Of a stretch of 64,000 nt of DNA, positions 17,746 through 28,067 are shown one piece after another. This DNA is from Candidatus Levybacteria bacterium RIFCSPLOWO2_02_FULL_37_18. Its GTDB lineage: Bacteria > Patescibacteriota > Microgenomatia > Levybacterales > UBA12049. A program made the position numbers and the translations under genes. Each line of letters opens with the position of its first letter. Position 1 is the stretch's first letter. The notes beneath the pieces are model-generated. The model was not told the DNA's origin. It saw only the letters and a list, made by a program, of their open reading frames with translations, and did no database searches. The stretch is from positions 7,520 to 71,519 of the forward strand of contig MFPD01000009.1 of the NCBI GenBank assembly GCA_001784115.1, written 5' to 3'.

Positions 17746-19398
17746 CTACTCCAACCCTTCCCGCTTGGCGTGGAGGAATAAAAAGAGCTGTTCAAAGAAT
17801 GCGAAAATGCCTTTGAATGGAGTTTCGATAATAAAATCAAAGATAAAAATGAGAATATTTATCTGGGCAATGCCATCGGTCAGATGTCTGCCTACCCGAA
17901 TAATCGGCATAAAGAAAAAATCCACAATCGGCGTATTCCACCCTTGCCGTTCTTCAACCGTATACACTTTACTCATGAGCCCAATTCTGTATGACAAAAA
18001 CGAAACAATAGCCAAAAAGAAAATAAATACCCCTTTACTAATAAAATTAAAATGAACTTTTTGCAAAACCCACACAATTGCGCCAAATGTGACAAAAAAC
18101 GCAAAAAACCAAAGAAATCTAAACACTATATCCATGTTTTTATTTTTGTCACTTGATTTTTTTATAACAAACGGGTCACCAAGCCCAGGATTTTCTTCAA
18201 ATAATACTTTTTTAATATATTCCAAAATCCGTTTGGAATTTGCTTTTCTTGGCACTTTAATAAATAACCCTACAATAATCATTAACAACGGAGGAATTGT
18301 AATATTTACTATCATCGAACTCCACAGTACTGACCCATAGAAATAGTTTTCAAATGTGCCTTCTACGGCAAATGCAAAAAAAGCTTTGGTCAGAAGCAAA
18401 AATATAACACTTCGAATAATTGCGCGCCGTACTTTTGAAGAAATACTAGCATACCGAGACTCACACGCTTCCATGACGACTCGTTCCAGCTCTTTTTCAT
18501 TGGTTAACACTTCCCTAACCTTACCGGTACTAAAACGGGTAATGTCCTCAAGAATTAAAAATACGGCAGTTTTGCTTTTTATATACCCAAAAATGGCTTC
18601 TTTTTTTGGGTGGTTAAGCTGTTTTTGAATTTCTGAATAAATAGAAAAAAAAGATGATGAAATCTTTTCAAGATTTTTGGAAGTTACCGTGTCAAAAAAC
18701 TGAGAAAATAAATGAAACCGCAAAAACGCGATATCATCTTTGGCAAAAGCGCGTCTTATAGCTATAAAAACTTGGACATTTTTAGTTTGTTCATCCATTT
18801 CAGCTATCTGAATATGGTCTTTAATAATTTCAAACATAAATGCTCCTATCATTTCTTTTTCCCGCTGCTTGTTAAGCATGTGTTCTATGTCAGAAGACAG
18901 TAAATGATATATCCATTCGTTAATATTACTTTCCGAAAGAACCTCAACAGACAATAAATTCTCCCGCAGGCCAAGATAGAGATCAATTTTTTGAGAAACT
19001 GTTTCAATACTCGACTCTGACAAACTGTCTTCTTTAAAATACCTCGCCCAGGCAAGTTCCCGAATCAAAGGGCTGGCTATGGTTTTTCCTGTTCCGCCGA
19101 ATAAAATTCTTCTTTTGAGAATTCGCTCTATTGCTGCCCGAAGCACGACTTCTTCTTCTCTGTAATCCATTGCATTTCTAAATTTTTCATACCACGTCGC
19201 AACGCGGGAAATAAGGGGATTTACTTTTATCTTTTCGTCAACTGGGGCTGTATGATCATACTCAAAAGCTTTTACAAGCGAATTTGCTATTGGAGAAAGC
19301 TCCCGAGGAACAGAATCTTCTTTTGCTTCCTCTTCAATATGCACAGGAACACCAACATTAAGTTGTTGCCCGGATGAAGCGACATCGTGCTGTTGCAT
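17746..19398 (-). CDS. hypothetical polytopic membrane protein (550 aa)
   Basis: A soluble N-terminal half and four or more C-terminal TM helices. No motif recognised. Confidence 0.5.
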   Translation of the reverse strand: MQQHDVASSGQQLNVGVPVHIEEEAKEDSVPRELSPIANSLVKAFEYDHTAPVDEKIKVNPLISRVATWYEKFRNAMDYREEEVVLRAAIERILKRRILFGGTGKTIASPLIRELAWARYFKEDSLSESSIETVSQKIDLYLGLRENLLSVEVLSESNINEWIYHLLSSDIEHMLNKQREKEMIGAFMFEIIKDHIQIAEMDEQTKNVQVFIAIRRAFAKDDIAFLRFHLFSQFFDTVTSKNLEKISSSFFSIYSEIQKQLNHPKKEAIFGYIKSKTAVFLILEDITRFSTGKVREVLTNEKELERVVMEACESRYASISSKVRRAIIRSVIFLLLTKAFFAFAVEGTFENYFYGSVLWSSMIVNITIPPLLMIIVGLFIKVPRKANSKRILEYIKKVLFEENPGLGDPFVIKKSSDKNKNMDIVFRFLWFFAFFVTFGAIVWVLQKVHFNFISKGVFIFFLAIVSFLSYRIGLMSKVYTVEERQGWNTPIVDFFFMPIIRVGRHLTDGIAQINILIFIFDFIIETPFKGIFAFFEQLFLFLHAKREGLE

Positions 19399-19417
19399 AA
19401 AGTGGGAGTATTATATA

Positions 19418-19753
19418 TCAAATGTATTGTTTTCGGTATAGGCCAAGGAATTGAAGTATTTTTTTAAGCATTCGCATGATTACTCCTGGTTTTTTTTCTC
19501 CGTGAGTCAAAGCTTCTGTGACAGTATCTCCATCAGGATTGCCAGCTTCTTGTTGCTCCATGAGAAGTCTTTGCCGAGCAGCCAGCAGCGCTGGTGTTTT
19601 CTGGTTGGTTGGTTGAGACTCTCTATCAACTTGTTGGAGAGTTTCATTGGAAACTACTTGAGGTATGGCCTCATGAGATTCTGGGACAGGACGGGGATTA
19701 ACCGAGGCAACTTCTGCTGACCCTGGTTCGTTCATAGACCTATTGTACCACAC
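19418..19753 (-). CDS. hypothetical protein (111 aa, low complexity)
   Basis: ORF only. Confidence 0.3.
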   Translation of the reverse strand: MWYNRSMNEPGSAEVASVNPRPVPESHEAIPQVVSNETLQQVDRESQPTNQKTPALLAARQRLLMEQQEAGNPDGDTVTEALTHGEKKPGVIMRMLKKILQFLGLYRKQYI

Positions 19754-20463
19754 TACTCTGCTGTTGCTTCGGGACCTTTATTGTGGAAAGCGGCAATAAA
19801 TTCTTTAATTTTTTCCTTATCAAGACTTTCTAATTTCTCTATTTTCCCCCAAGCAGTTACGGCAATAGGAGCGTCTAAATTTAGACGAGGAACAATAATA
19901 AGCCGCTTCCAATCTTTTAAGAAACTCGATAATTCAGAAACCAGTTTTTTACACTCGTTGGAAGAAAATGAACTGGGTAATTCTACTTCTTTTGCTGGAG
20001 GATTCTCTGGCGTAAATGCACTCATGGTTGGATCTTTTAACTCAATGTTCATCCTATGCAGTGGTGCAGCTGACTCTGTTGCAGTAGGATTGTTTTGAAC
20101 ATCTTCTCCTTCATGAGCATAAGCATTTGAAATTGGAAATTTGAAATTGGAAATTTGAAATTTCTTTTCGCAATTATAAGAAATTACAACGTATCCATGC
20201 TCCAAAGAATGAATTAAGTATCCATCTGATAAAACCCTATCATACACTCCCGGTTTTGCCCAGATGGGAAAATGTTTCCCGGACGTCGGCGGGTTTGAAT
20301 TATATTTTATACCTGAAATATCCGAAACATGATCTCGACCTATATCGGAAATCGCTTGTCCTGGAAGCGGTTTATTCGACTCAGTTATTGCCCACCACAA
20401 AATTCCTACAATGAAGAGAATACCTACAACACTTGCTATAATTATTTTACTACTCGTTTTCAA
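19753..20463 (-). CDS. DUF3105-family membrane-anchored protein with an in-frame GAAATTTGAAATT repeat insertion
   Basis: PPTSGKHFPIWAKPGVY, SLEHGYVVISYNC, RLIIVPR, IAVTAWG. The segment EKKFQISNFKFPISNAYAHE is encoded by the 20110-20170 repeat. Confidence 0.6.
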   Translation of the reverse strand: MKTSSKIIIASVVGILFIVGILWWAITESNKPLPGQAISDIGRDHVSDISGIKYNSNPPTSGKHFPIWAKPGVYDRVLSDGYLIHSLEHGYVVISYNCEKKFQISNFKFPISNAYAHEGEDVQNNPTATESAAPLHRMNIELKDPTMSAFTPENPPAKEVELPSSFSSNECKKLVSELSSFLKDWKRLIIVPRLNLDAPIAVTAWGKIEKLESLDKEKIKEFIAAFHNKGPEATAE

Positions 20464-20699
20464 TTTTGAATTTTCAATTTTGAATTTTCAATTTCTTTTG
20501 CATCATACCCTACCCTTTTTATTATTGCAATAATATGTTTGGGAGAAATTTTTTGCGGGTCGAAAGCAACTTCTGTTTGTTGTCTGGCATAGCTGGTGTT
20601 TGAACTGAATACTCCTTGGGTATCCTCCAATTCCCCATCGATATTCATCGAACAACTGACACAGTGCATACCGATAATGTTTAAATTAATTTTATTCAT
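20460..20699 (-). CDS. copZ: heavy-metal-associated copper chaperone (CopZ-like)
   Basis: GMHCVSC metal-binding motif. The C-terminal tail EIENSKLKIQN is encoded by the word repeat. Confidence 0.75.
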   Translation of the reverse strand: MNKINLNIIGMHCVSCSMNIDGELEDTQGVFSSNTSYARQQTEVAFDPQKISPKHIIAIIKRVGYDAKEIENSKLKIQN

Positions 20700-20758
20700 A
20701 TATGAACAACTTTTAATTTCGAGCTATAGTTTTGAGTTTTGCCTTTTGAGTTTTGAGT

Positions 20759-21805
20759 TTATATGACGCGGATGCGTCCTTTGTACATCCCCATTCCGCA
20801 CATAAACGCGATTTCTGTAGTATTTGTTGGCGCAGTAAACTGTACTGTGTCAGAATTTCCAGGCGTAACTATCTTTTGAATTCCGAGTGTTGGAATGGTA
20901 AATGCCTGTGCGCATCCTCCTCCGCCGTTATTTACTAAATGTAATGTCACTGTCGAACCGGACTTAACCGCAAAATCATTCGGCGAATACCCGTCCGATC
21001 TAATAGTAATCGTTACATCGGAAACCGCAGAACCTTCAACTCTATTTTGAGCAAACGCCAAAGAATCACTACAAAATGTAATCGAGCAATATACGTCTTT
21101 TGCCAGTGAGTCTAACGTAATTGTACTTCCCGATAAAGCAAGTACATTATTAATGTTAAAAACTGTCAGAAGCATGATTGAGTATGCGGCAATTTTGGCA
21201 AATTGATGCGCAAACACCTCTCCAAGTCGCGTTGTAAAATACCCAAGGAGAAAAAATACAGGCGTTGTCCCAAGGGTAAAAGCAAACAAAATCAGAGCTC
21301 CTGTGATTGGACTGCCGCTGGCAATAGAAAGTGCCATCATGGCTTGCGTTGTTCCGCATGGAATAAAAACAGTAAATACACCCAAAAGTGCCGGCGCAAA
21401 CAAACCGGAACTTCTCGATTCTTTTCTGACAAAACGAGTAAGCAACCGCGGGGGTTGAATAACAAAGTACCGGAAAATTGGATGAACATGGAGCAAATTA
21501 AGCGCAGTCCCAACCATAAAAATTGCAACCGTAATCTGCAGAATTACCTGAGTCTTTAAAGAAAGCTGGAAAAACGAACCCAGATACCCTAATAAAAATC
21601 CAAGAATCGTATAGCTTATAAGCTTAGCTGCTAAAAATGAGACTATGGGAAGTGCGTGTCCTCCTGATTTTGTTTTTTCAACCAACTTTTCTTGCGTTCT
21701 CTGGGCAATTGTAGATGCCAAAAGCCCGCCCTGGATTGCCATACACGTCAAACCGCCTGTAAACAAACCGGTCAAAAACGCGGAAACAAATGGCAGATTA
21801 TTCAT
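20759..21805 (-). CDS. polytopic membrane protein (DsbD_2/CcdA-like TM region) fused to a C-terminal cupredoxin-like domain
   Basis: TM region with FIPCGTTQAM. The C-terminus VTITIRSDGYSPNDFAVKSGSTVTLHLVNNGG...FTAPTNTTEIAFMCGMGMYKGRIRVI resembles the Cupredoxin_1 family. Confidence 0.55.
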   Translation of the reverse strand: MNNLPFVSAFLTGLFTGGLTCMAIQGGLLASTIAQRTQEKLVEKTKSGGHALPIVSFLAAKLISYTILGFLLGYLGSFFQLSLKTQVILQITVAIFMVGTALNLLHVHPIFRYFVIQPPRLLTRFVRKESRSSGLFAPALLGVFTVFIPCGTTQAMMALSIASGSPITGALILFAFTLGTTPVFFLLGYFTTRLGEVFAHQFAKIAAYSIMLLTVFNINNVLALSGSTITLDSLAKDVYCSITFCSDSLAFAQNRVEGSAVSDVTITIRSDGYSPNDFAVKSGSTVTLHLVNNGGGGCAQAFTIPTLGIQKIVTPGNSDTVQFTAPTNTTEIAFMCGMGMYKGRIRVI

Positions 21806-21826
21806 ACGTTTAATTCAACAGCTTAT

Positions 21827-21909
21827 CGTCATTGCGAGGAGCTTGCGACGAAGTAATCTAATCCAATTTCAGAGATTGCTTCTCCCGCTGAGCGGGATCG
21901 CAATGACAA
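21827..21909. repeat. GTCAT-family palindromic element (cgtcattgcgaggagcttgcgacgaag...cccgctgagcggg...cgcaatgaca)
   Basis: inverted termini; lies between copA and the downstream gene. Confidence 0.7.
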
Positions 21910-21915
21910 TTGCGA

Positions 21916-24393
21916 TTATATTTTAATCCTTACTCTCTTTAATTGCAATGAGTTTAAGACTACGGAGATAGAACTCATTGCCATAGCAGCTGATGCAAAA
22001 ATCGGGTTCATAAGAATATTAAAAAATGGATACAGTGCGCCCATGGCAACGGGAATAAGGATAATGTTGTATCCAAATGCCCAAAACAGATTAAGTTTTA
22101 TTGTCCACATTGTTTTTTTAGACAACTCAATTGCGGTGGCAACAGATCGCAGATCTTTATTAATTAACGTTATATCTGCCGCCTCAATTGCCACATCTGT
22201 CCCCGTCCCCATTGCAATTCCAACATCTGCTGCTGCCAAAGCCGGAGCGTCATTAATGCCATCACCTATCATCGCAACGACATGTCGTTGCTTGGAATTT
22301 CCAATTTCCAATTTCCAATTTCCAATCATCAAATTTGTTGATTTGTTGATTTGTTGATTTGACATTTGTAATTCTCTAACGATCTTTTCTTTTTCCTGAG
22401 GCAGTACTTCCGCATACACCTTTTCAATCTCCACTTGTTTTGCGATTGCTTCTGCGGTCCTTTTATTATCTCCCGTTATCATAACCGGTTCTATTCTCAT
22501 CTTTTTGAGAACCACTACTGCCTCTTTTGCAGAATCTTTAATTGTATCTGCAACCGCAATTAAACCTGCTAATTCTCCATTTACCCCTAACATCATTACT
22601 GTCTTCCCTTCGTTCTCCAATTCTTCAATCTTCAATCTTAAATCATCAATCTTTAGACTTTCTCTCTCCATCAATTTCCTATTCCCAAACACAACTTTTA
22701 ACTTTGAATTTTGAACTTTTAATTCTCCTTCCACTCCGTGTCCGGGTATGGCTTTAAATTGTGTAATTGGTTGAACTTTTATATTCTGTTCCTCTGCTTT
22801 TCTAATAATTGCTTCCGCTAAGGAATGTTCTGAACCCTTTTCTAGCGACGCAGTAATCTGTAGAATTTGATTAGTTAGTTGGTTAGTTCGTTTATCGTTC
22901 ACAGTAGATTTTTCTTTACTGTGAACTGTGAACTGTGAACTGTGAACTATATCCGTCACCTCTGGTTTCCCCTTAGTCAGCGTCCCTGTCTTATCAAAAA
23001 CCACTGTATTCACTCTATGCACAGTTTCCAAAGCCTCTGCATCTTTAATCAAAATTCCATTTTCTGCTCCTTTACCAGTCCCCACCATAATTGCCGTGGG
23101 AGTGGCTAGTCCCATGGCGCACGGACAGGCAATTATCAAAACCGCAATCATGTTTAAAAGCGCAAACAAAGGCGATCCAAAAATGTACCAAATAACAAAT
23201 GTCAAAATTGCAAGCATAATAACAATTGGAACAAAATACGAAGAAATCAAATCAGCCATCCTCTGGATGGGCGCTTTACTCCCCTGCGCTTCTTCAACCA
23301 GTTTTATTATCTGAGAGAGCATTGTATCTTTCCCAACTTTTGTAGCTTTATATAAAAACGTTCCGGACTTATTTATGGTAGCCCCAATTACCATATCCCC
23401 TTTTGCTTTATCAACAGGAATACTTTCTCCGGTTACCATTGATTCGTCAATTGAAGATTCTCCCTCGATAATCTGCCCATCAACCGGAATCTTCTCCCCC
23501 GGCCGAACCCGAATAACATCTTCCACCACAACTTCTTCGATCGGAATATCAACTTCAGCATACTTCTCGTCATTGCGAGGAATCCCGCAATGGCGGGATG
23601 ACGCGGCAATCCCATCCAATTTTAGAGATTGCTTTGCTCCGCTCGCAGTGACAGACGAGCGAAGCACTCGTGCAGTCCGCGCTTGGAGACCAATCAATTT
23701 TTTTATTGCCTCGGAAGTCCCAGCTTTTGCTTTTGCTTCAAAATATCTTCCCAAAATAATAAGACCAATAATAATTGTGGAGACATCAAAATACGGCTCT
23801 GGTTTTATTCCTATACGCTCGACTATAAATGGAAATAGCGTTACAAATGTTGAATAGAAAAATGCAACGGTTGTTCCCAAAACAACAAGCGTATCCATGT
23901 TCGCGTTTCTATGCCTTATAGCAAGAATTGTTGCCTTATAAAACATAAGACCTGCCCAAAACTGAACAGGAATCGCTAGTATTAGCTGAATATAAAAGTT
24001 TTGGAGAATTTGAGGAGATGTATTCATGATTCCAGGAAAACTCCCCCACACAATAAGCCCTCCTAAAAATAAACTGACAAACACTTTTTGCTTGAGCTTT
24101 TGAAGTTCTTTTTGTTTGTTCTCCGAATCCCCGCTCAGCGGGGCGAAGTGGGATTTTTCTTCCTCAAAATTCGCCTCATATCCAACAGACGAAATCGCTT
24201 TCGCAAGATCTTGTTCTGAAACTTCTGATTCCTGTTGAATCGTAGCTTTTCCGGTTGCCAAATTCACAACCGCACTACTTACTCCTGGAACTTTTTTAAG
24301 TGCCCTTTCTGTCACCCCCACACAACTCGCACAATGCATACCGCGCACTTGAAAAATGCGCTTTGTTAGTTTGTTAGTTCGCTCATCGTTCAT
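21916..24393 (-). CDS. copA: Cu+-exporting P1B-type ATPase carrying about five in-frame palindromic-repeat insertions
   Basis: N-terminal HMA GMHCASC. Conserved motifs: TGES, CPC ([12 protein letters not shown]), [17 protein letters not shown]. Repeat-derived inserts: TNKLT (N-terminus), [92 protein letters not shown]. Confidence 0.9.
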   Translation of the reverse strand: MNDERTNKLTKRIFQVRGMHCASCVGVTERALKKVPGVSSAVVNLATGKATIQQESEVSEQDLAKAISSVGYEANFEEEKSHFAPLSGDSENKQKELQKLKQKVFVSLFLGGLIVWGSFPGIMNTSPQILQNFYIQLILAIPVQFWAGLMFYKATILAIRHRNANMDTLVVLGTTVAFFYSTFVTLFPFIVERIGIKPEPYFDVSTIIIGLIILGRYFEAKAKAGTSEAIKKLIGLQARTARVLRSSVTASGAKQSLKLDGIAASSRHCGIPRNDEKYAEVDIPIEEVVVEDVIRVRPGEKIPVDGQIIEGESSIDESMVTGESIPVDKAKGDMVIGATINKSGTFLYKATKVGKDTMLSQIIKLVEEAQGSKAPIQRMADLISSYFVPIVIMLAILTFVIWYIFGSPLFALLNMIAVLIIACPCAMGLATPTAIMVGTGKGAENGILIKDAEALETVHRVNTVVFDKTGTLTKGKPEVTDIVHSSQFTVHSKEKSTVNDKRTNQLTNQILQITASLEKGSEHSLAEAIIRKAEEQNIKVQPITQFKAIPGHGVEGELKVQNSKLKVVFGNRKLMERESLKIDDLRLKIEELENEGKTVMMLGVNGELAGLIAVADTIKDSAKEAVVVLKKMRIEPVMITGDNKRTAEAIAKQVEIEKVYAEVLPQEKEKIVRELQMSNQQINKSTNLMIGNWKLEIGNSKQRHVVAMIGDGINDAPALAAADVGIAMGTGTDVAIEAADITLINKDLRSVATAIELSKKTMWTIKLNLFWAFGYNIILIPVAMGALYPFFNILMNPIFASAAMAMSSISVVLNSLQLKRVRIKI
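23568..23653. repeat. GTCAT-family element inserted in-frame inside copA (between the actuator-domain KTARV and PIEEV motifs)
   Basis: cgtcattgcgaggaatcccgcaatggcgggatgacg...gctcgcagtgaca; translated as [31 protein letters not shown]. Confidence 0.75.
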
Positions 24394-24444
24394 CGTAAGG
24401 AATTTTTTAACGCACTGATCATACGTGCTAATTTATTACATGTT

Positions 24445-24774
24445 TCATAGGCTTTCTTGAATTCTTCTTCTGTTATGTAATTCCTTTATGTAATTCCTTT
24501 TTAAACCAATAGTTAAAATTGCAACGCATTCATAACAAGACCCTCTTGAAAGATCCAAGAAGTGTCTGAAATCCTTTTTAGTTCTACTACTCCCTTCTGC
24601 AATTGCAATATTAAGAACAATTAAAACAACTGCTCTTCTCAACTGGCTAATTAAAGCGAAAATCTCATCTTTTGGCCATTTTTGAGTAAGTAGATAGATC
24701 GTATTAACAAACCCTAGCCCTTCCTGATAAACTCGTAATTTTTCGAATTTAAACATACTGTGAACAGTGAACAA
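24445..24774 (-). CDS. four-helix-bundle protein (TIGR02436 family; a second, non-rRNA copy)
   Basis: KFEKLRVYQEGLGF...ISQLRRAVVLIVLNIAIAEGSSRTKKDFRHFLDLSRGSCYE. The N-terminus MFTVHS is supplied by the GTGAAC word repeat. Confidence 0.6.
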   Translation of the reverse strand: MFTVHSMFKFEKLRVYQEGLGFVNTIYLLTQKWPKDEIFALISQLRRAVVLIVLNIAIAEGSSRTKKDFRHFLDLSRGSCYECVAILTIGLKRNYIKELHNRRRIQESL

Positions 24775-24820
24775 ACTAACTGCGAACTAATAACTAGTCA
24801 CGAATAACTAGAATCCTTTA

Positions 24821-25090
24821 TTATTTCCAACGATTATAAAGCCAAATCGCTGCATACGTTGTTACCCATGTCATTGCACTTATGGTAATAAGTCCCCAAA
24901 TCGCAGAACCCATCGAAATTGCTGTTTTTACCTGAAGGCTCTCTAAGCTTAGGCTATGCACCCATGACTGCGCGATTCCAAACAACAAATCCGGCGCAAC
25001 GTACGAAATTAACAAACAAAGTATATAAAATACCGCTGTAACCGCAGTTACAGCATTTGCAAACGCTTTTGCATTAAGCATGTTTTCCAC
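24821..25090 (-). CDS. small membrane protein, hypothetical
   Basis: two TM helices; motif VAPDLLFGIAQSWVHSL. Confidence 0.45.
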   Translation of the reverse strand: MENMLNAKAFANAVTAVTAVFYILCLLISYVAPDLLFGIAQSWVHSLSLESLQVKTAISMGSAIWGLITISAMTWVTTYAAIWLYNRWK

Positions 25091-25274
25091 CCCCTTTTTC
25101 TGTATCTTTATGTTTATGATGATCTTTCATCATAAACAACATCATAAGCGGACAAATAAGAAACACTGCAAAAGGCAATATGCCCGGAAGATTGTTGCCT
25201 TGGGTAAATAGCACTATCAAAAGCGCAAATGCAATTCCTGCCCACACCTGCCACATTGTCAAAAATTTCTTCAT
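25074..25274 (-). CDS. DUF2933-family small membrane protein with a His/Lys-rich C-terminal tail (family often linked to metal resistance)
   Basis: FLICPLMMLFMMKDHHKHKD. Confidence 0.55.
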   Translation of the reverse strand: MKKFLTMWQVWAGIAFALLIVLFTQGNNLPGILPFAVFLICPLMMLFMMKDHHKHKDTEKGGGKHA

Positions 25275-25290
25275 TTTCTCACCTCCCAGT

Positions 25291-26127
25291 CTATATCTTT
25301 TTCCCTATCTTATAAAGAACAAAAAGAATAATGAACACAAAAACACTATTGAGCATAAGGTTTCCTCCGACATACTGATTAACAGAATAAGCAGTCCCTG
25401 TAATTACTTTGGTGAATCCATACACATCACCCATTCCGAGTTTTCCAATGGCTTTTAGATACAAAATCATCAATCCGGTCAAAGCAAAAATAATACCGGC
25501 TATTACATTACTCACAATAATAGTTCTTTCCTGACCTAAAAACTTAAAACCAAACAATGGTTTTCGCAAAAACATAAATCCCTTCATCTTTCCTGCAAAA
25601 AAAACAGCAATAAACAAAAGCGGCATAACCATTCCCAATACGTACATACCCCCAATTGCTAAAGCTCCAAAAAAATTAGGAGAAAGAAAAGTCAACGTGA
25701 GTATTCCGATAAGAACCGGAGCGCAGCAGGCGCTTGTAATACCTGAGAAAATGCCTAATGTAAACACGGATGCTATGTCTGTCTTTTTTGCTGTATCATG
25801 TCCGGGAAATTGCGGCATGGGAAGCTTTATTCCTAAAAATGTGATAGCTGCGACAATCAGCATGACTATTCCGCCCAAAACATAAACAGTGTCGTGATAG
25901 ACAAAAAGCGCTTTTGATAAAGCCGCCACTCCCAAAACAGCAGGCAGCATCACGACAAAAATTCCCAGCCCAAACACCAACGTCATAAAAACAACTTTTT
26001 CTTTTTCCTTAAATACGTTTCCTAAATAAGCCGGAAGAAGAAACGAAATACAACATGGCGCAAACAGAGCCACCATTCCGGCAATGAATGCGGCAATGAG
26101 TGACGTTTGAAACAAAAGTCCTTCCAT
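25291..26127 (-). CDS. CcdA/DsbD-like thiol-disulfide transporter (cytochrome c biogenesis TM region family)
   Basis: Six or more TM helices with FAPCCISFLLPAYLG and SACCAPVLIG Cys motifs. Confidence 0.6.
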   Translation of the reverse strand: MEGLLFQTSLIAAFIAGMVALFAPCCISFLLPAYLGNVFKEKEKVVFMTLVFGLGIFVVMLPAVLGVAALSKALFVYHDTVYVLGGIVMLIVAAITFLGIKLPMPQFPGHDTAKKTDIASVFTLGIFSGITSACCAPVLIGILTLTFLSPNFFGALAIGGMYVLGMVMPLLFIAVFFAGKMKGFMFLRKPLFGFKFLGQERTIIVSNVIAGIIFALTGLMILYLKAIGKLGMGDVYGFTKVITGTAYSVNQYVGGNLMLNSVFVFIILFVLYKIGKKI

Positions 26128-27071
26128 TACGTACTACAACCTCCTCCCCGAATGTTAAAACCAGGCAGGTTTTGTACTGCAAGGCTTATTTTTTGAGAAC
26201 CGGCAGCCGAAGAATATTCTGCAGATAAAGCACGTTTGGGATCAACATGTTTCCATTCTATTTTTTGTTTGTTCATATACGCAGCCAACTCTACATATTG
26301 CTTCGGAAACCAAAAAGAGTTAAGCATGAGGATATCCTTATATATTTGCTTTTCGGAAATTCCCTGAGAAACGGCAATCTCGATATATCCGAGTGCTGCC
26401 ATACCGTGATTACAGTCAGGAAACTCGGTTGAATTATTGCAACAGGGCCGAAATACATTTTGAGCTATTTTTTCAACGAGTTCTTGTTGTTTAGTGCTTA
26501 GTTTTATAAGCTCTTTTGAACTGTAAACTTCTCGTGTTGATCTTTGTCCCAGTGTCCATCCGCCAGTTGAGGCATATGTCATTGGGTTGCCTTTCCCATA
26601 GGTTGCCATTGATCCTTCCTCAAGTATTTTATTTTTATTTACCAGCCCAAACGCCCATAATGTATTTACCATAAAATGTGCATTGCCCTCATTAATCATC
26701 ATATGATCTTTGGAAGAAGCAGTAAGATACTTCATCATATCCTTACTCATCTTCTCATTTACAAACAATTGTTCATATTTTTGCTTGTCAATCACACCCG
26801 ATTCCAAAAGTTTACTGCCAATATCGCTCAAGGTAACGCCTAAAACATATCCTTTTTGCGGCAGAACCTGCTGTTTTAAAATCTGGACTAACTCATCGGG
26901 ATTTTTAGCGGTCTTGGCAAGCTTGATAATGTGATCATTAAAATTTCTCTTGAGTATATAGTACTCGATAAGGGAAGAAGCCATAACCGAATAAGCCATA
27001 AGCAGAATCACCATCCATAAGGGTATTGCTTTGGCACATGCTTTTTTCCAAGGAATTGATCTTTTTAACAT
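26127..27071 (-). CDS. membrane-anchored hypothetical protein with a Cys cluster (RPCCNNSTEFPDCNHG)
   Basis: N-terminal TM helix and a 314-aa periplasmic-like domain. Confidence 0.45.
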   Translation of the reverse strand: MLKRSIPWKKACAKAIPLWMVILLMAYSVMASSLIEYYILKRNFNDHIIKLAKTAKNPDELVQILKQQVLPQKGYVLGVTLSDIGSKLLESGVIDKQKYEQLFVNEKMSKDMMKYLTASSKDHMMINEGNAHFMVNTLWAFGLVNKNKILEEGSMATYGKGNPMTYASTGGWTLGQRSTREVYSSKELIKLSTKQQELVEKIAQNVFRPCCNNSTEFPDCNHGMAALGYIEIAVSQGISEKQIYKDILMLNSFWFPKQYVELAAYMNKQKIEWKHVDPKRALSAEYSSAAGSQKISLAVQNLPGFNIRGGGCST

Positions 27072-27073
27072 AA

Positions 27074-27568
27074 TTACTTAACCACTGTTCCGGTTACGGT
27101 AAAAGTGAGTTTGGGATTTGATTTGTCATTTGTTTCTGCCGAAACGAATCTGTTAATAGGACCTACTCCTTGCGGGCCGTGGAAAGCCGGATCAAAAATA
27201 ACAGTCAGTTGTGCTTGCTTGCCAGGCATAACTTCGCCTGTCCACGAAGAAACAGTGCTCATACCAAAATCAGGGCTTTCGGCACCTTCAATGCTGACTC
27301 TGGCTTTTGTACAATGGCATGAAGTTTTTATATTATAAAGTTTGAGAACATCTTTTCCCGTGTTCTGAATTGAAAATGTTTTTGTAACATTTCCTTTATG
27401 CATGGGAATATTTCCCCAGTCAAAACTGTTTGAATTTAAAAGCTGCGCTTTTGCATTTTCAGAAGCTGTAATTTGAGGACTATTGGTTGCAGACAATATA
27501 TAAACACCACCAATTAAAATAACAACTGTGGCAAAAATACAACCAATAATAAACCACTTTCCGCTCAT
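27074..27568 (-). CDS. DUF1573 domain protein
   Basis: FDWGNIPMHKGNVTKTFSIQNTGKDVLKLYNIKTSCHCT, with an N-terminal anchor. Confidence 0.6.
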   Translation of the reverse strand: MSGKWFIIGCIFATVVILIGGVYILSATNSPQITASENAKAQLLNSNSFDWGNIPMHKGNVTKTFSIQNTGKDVLKLYNIKTSCHCTKARVSIEGAESPDFGMSTVSSWTGEVMPGKQAQLTVIFDPAFHGPQGVGPINRFVSAETNDKSNPKLTFTVTGTVVK

Positions 27569-27589
27569 ACTTATAAATGTATAACCTGC

Positions 27590-27859
27590 CTATTTATTCT
27601 TCCGAAACACTTCCATTATCTCCGCAATTGCTTCTTCTCCTTTTCCTTCTTTAATTTTGTTAGTTGCGCAGGTCGTAAGATGATTTTCTAAGATAAGACT
27701 GTCTATCTCAAAAAGTGCTTTTTGAACCGCTTGTGATTGATGCAGGATATCGATGCAATACTCCTGCTCCTCTACCATTTTCAGAACCTTTTCTAGATGC
27801 CCCCTGGCAATTTTGAGTCTATGAACAGTTCTCTCTCTTGAATTATTAAGTTTAAACAT
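27590..27859 (-). CDS. csoR: CsoR/RcnR-family metal-sensing transcriptional repressor
   Basis: RLKIARGHLEKVLKMVEEQEYCIDILHQSQAVQKALFEI...HLTTC, giving a C-H-C ligand spacing. Confidence 0.75.
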   Translation of the reverse strand: MFKLNNSRERTVHRLKIARGHLEKVLKMVEEQEYCIDILHQSQAVQKALFEIDSLILENHLTTCATNKIKEGKGEEAIAEIMEVFRKNK

Positions 27860-27896
27860 ACTATCTTCCTCGTTATTTGTTTATTTGAAATTCTCG

Positions 27897-27944
27897 TAGT
27901 CCCCCTCCAGGGGATATAATAATATACTGAAGATATTTTGTCAA
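27897..27944 (-). promoter_or_regulatory. promoter of the csoR-led copper operon (TTGACA-17-TATTAT) with an overlapping GC inverted repeat, the putative CsoR operator
   Basis: Reading the minus strand: TTGACA (27944-27939), a 17-nt spacer, TATTAT (27921-27916). Then ATCCCCTGGAGGGGGACTA (27915-27897), containing the inverted repeat TAgTCCCC-tcca-GGGGAtAT, ~40 nt before the ATG. Confidence 0.5.
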
Positions 27945-28031
27945 GAGTGATACATAAGGTGAAGAAAACAAATTTTCGCACGTCGCAGATTTCAAGACAG
28001 TATAGTATGGTTGTATAGTGAAAAATTGGGA

Positions 28032-28061
28032 TTGACAACACATTGTTTAATTGCGTAGAAT
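28032..28061 (+). promoter_or_regulatory. sigma-70-type promoter TTGACA-18-TAGAAT ending 6 nt before the dsbA-like ATG (leaderless)
   Basis: TTGACA 28032-28037, TAGAAT 28056-28061, ATG 28068. Confidence 0.5.
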
Positions 28062-28067
28062 AAACCG

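Noticed and set aside
20110-20500. Tandem GAAATTTGAAATT / (TTCGGA)n words as a possible CRISPR array or microsatellite
   Set aside because: There is no repeat-spacer periodicity and no cas genes. The copies are short, palindromic and embedded in coding frames.
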